A DNA stretch of 32,000 nucleotides from Candidatus Micrarchaeum sp. (GTDB lineage: Archaea; Micrarchaeota; Micrarchaeia; Micrarchaeales; Micrarchaeaceae), in contig NZ_CP060530.1 in assembly GCF_016806735.1 (NCBI RefSeq), positions 810,001 to 842,000 of the forward strand, in the 5' to 3' direction. Within the stretch, counting starts at the first letter, position 1, and each line of letters opens with the position of its first letter. Below the pieces are notes generated by a model. The model saw nothing but the letters and a program-made list of their open reading frames with translations, had not been told where the DNA came from and made no database searches. Below, one piece after another: positions 31,878-32,000 of the stretch. Made by a program: the position numbers and the translations under genes.

Positions 31878-32000
31878 TCATGCTGATTTTATCGCGTCCA
31901 CAAGATACTGCGCAAATTCCTTTGTCCCTAGCGCTTCGACACCCATGAACCTTGCTATGTCAGGAGTGACCTTGCGCTCCTTCATGGCCTTTTCTACGGC
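31878..32000 (-). CDS. C-terminal fragment of an unidentified protein (enters from beyond the window)
   Basis: The reverse strand is open from 32000 to a TGA at 31878-31880: ...AVEKAMKERKVTPDIARFMGVEALGTKEFAQYLVDAIKSA*. It is convergent with the PDO gene. Not in the ORF track because there is no start inside the window. Confidence 0.4.
   Translation of the reverse strand, partial: AVEKAMKERKVTPDIARFMGVEALGTKEFAQYLVDAIKSA

Noticed and set aside
1-32000. Scan for tRNA, rRNA, CRISPR arrays, IS elements and long direct or inverted repeats
   Set aside because: I recognised no cloverleaf-like T-loop/anticodon arrangement, no regularly spaced repeats and no transposase-like ORF by eye. The intergenic regions are short and promoter-like. 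A tRNAscan/Infernal/CRISPR finder run would be needed to be certain.

Overview
This is a gene-dense archaeal chromosomal segment. Intergenic gaps are short, many start and stop codons overlap (ATGA/GTGA), promoters look like AT-rich TATA boxes, and terminators are oligo-T tracts. Archaeal/eukaryal-type markers include Kae1, Bud32, aSUI1, L10e, L29, S26e, Dph2 and FtsZ.

From 13.8 to 32 kb the genes are mostly recognisable. There is a small glycosylation and cell-surface island: a NodU-type carbamoyltransferase, a GT-C/GT39-like transferase possibly split at a T6 run, a Dpm1-like GT2 and a sequon-rich anchored surface protein. The remaining genes are translin, an HTH regulator, S26e, an orphan ImmA/IrrE-like peptidase, Bud32-Kae1, SUI1-L29, MTA phosphorylase, glutamate dehydrogenase, an orphan class-III-signal (type IV) pilin, Dph2, L10e, FtsZ and a two-thioredoxin-fold disulfide oxidoreductase.

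The candidate novel system is the left 13.5 kb (1-13565), which lies entirely on the minus strand. In transcription order it encodes:
- a Sec-signal, two-helix VirB2/TrbC-like pilin candidate with its own hairpin plus T-tract terminator;
- a 6-TM protein;
- six tandem, translationally coupled paralogs of an unrecognised polytopic membrane family, with shared GE[LF][YW][EQ] and RxxPxTRxxGG motifs, one carrying a duplicated Cys module and a poly-Thr/Ser stalk;
- two paralogous 2-TM proteins;
- a VirB4/TrbE/CedB-like ATPase (Walker A GITGAGKS, Walker B DEAW, RK..x..ASQ);
- three small accessory genes, the last running off the window edge.

I read this cluster as a chromosomal type-IV-secretion-like or Ced/Ted-like conduit with an expanded VirB6-like-position gene family. 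That reading rests on motifs and architecture only. No tRNA, rRNA, CRISPR array, integrase or transposase was recognised by eye. All homology statements come from motif recognition, not from searches.
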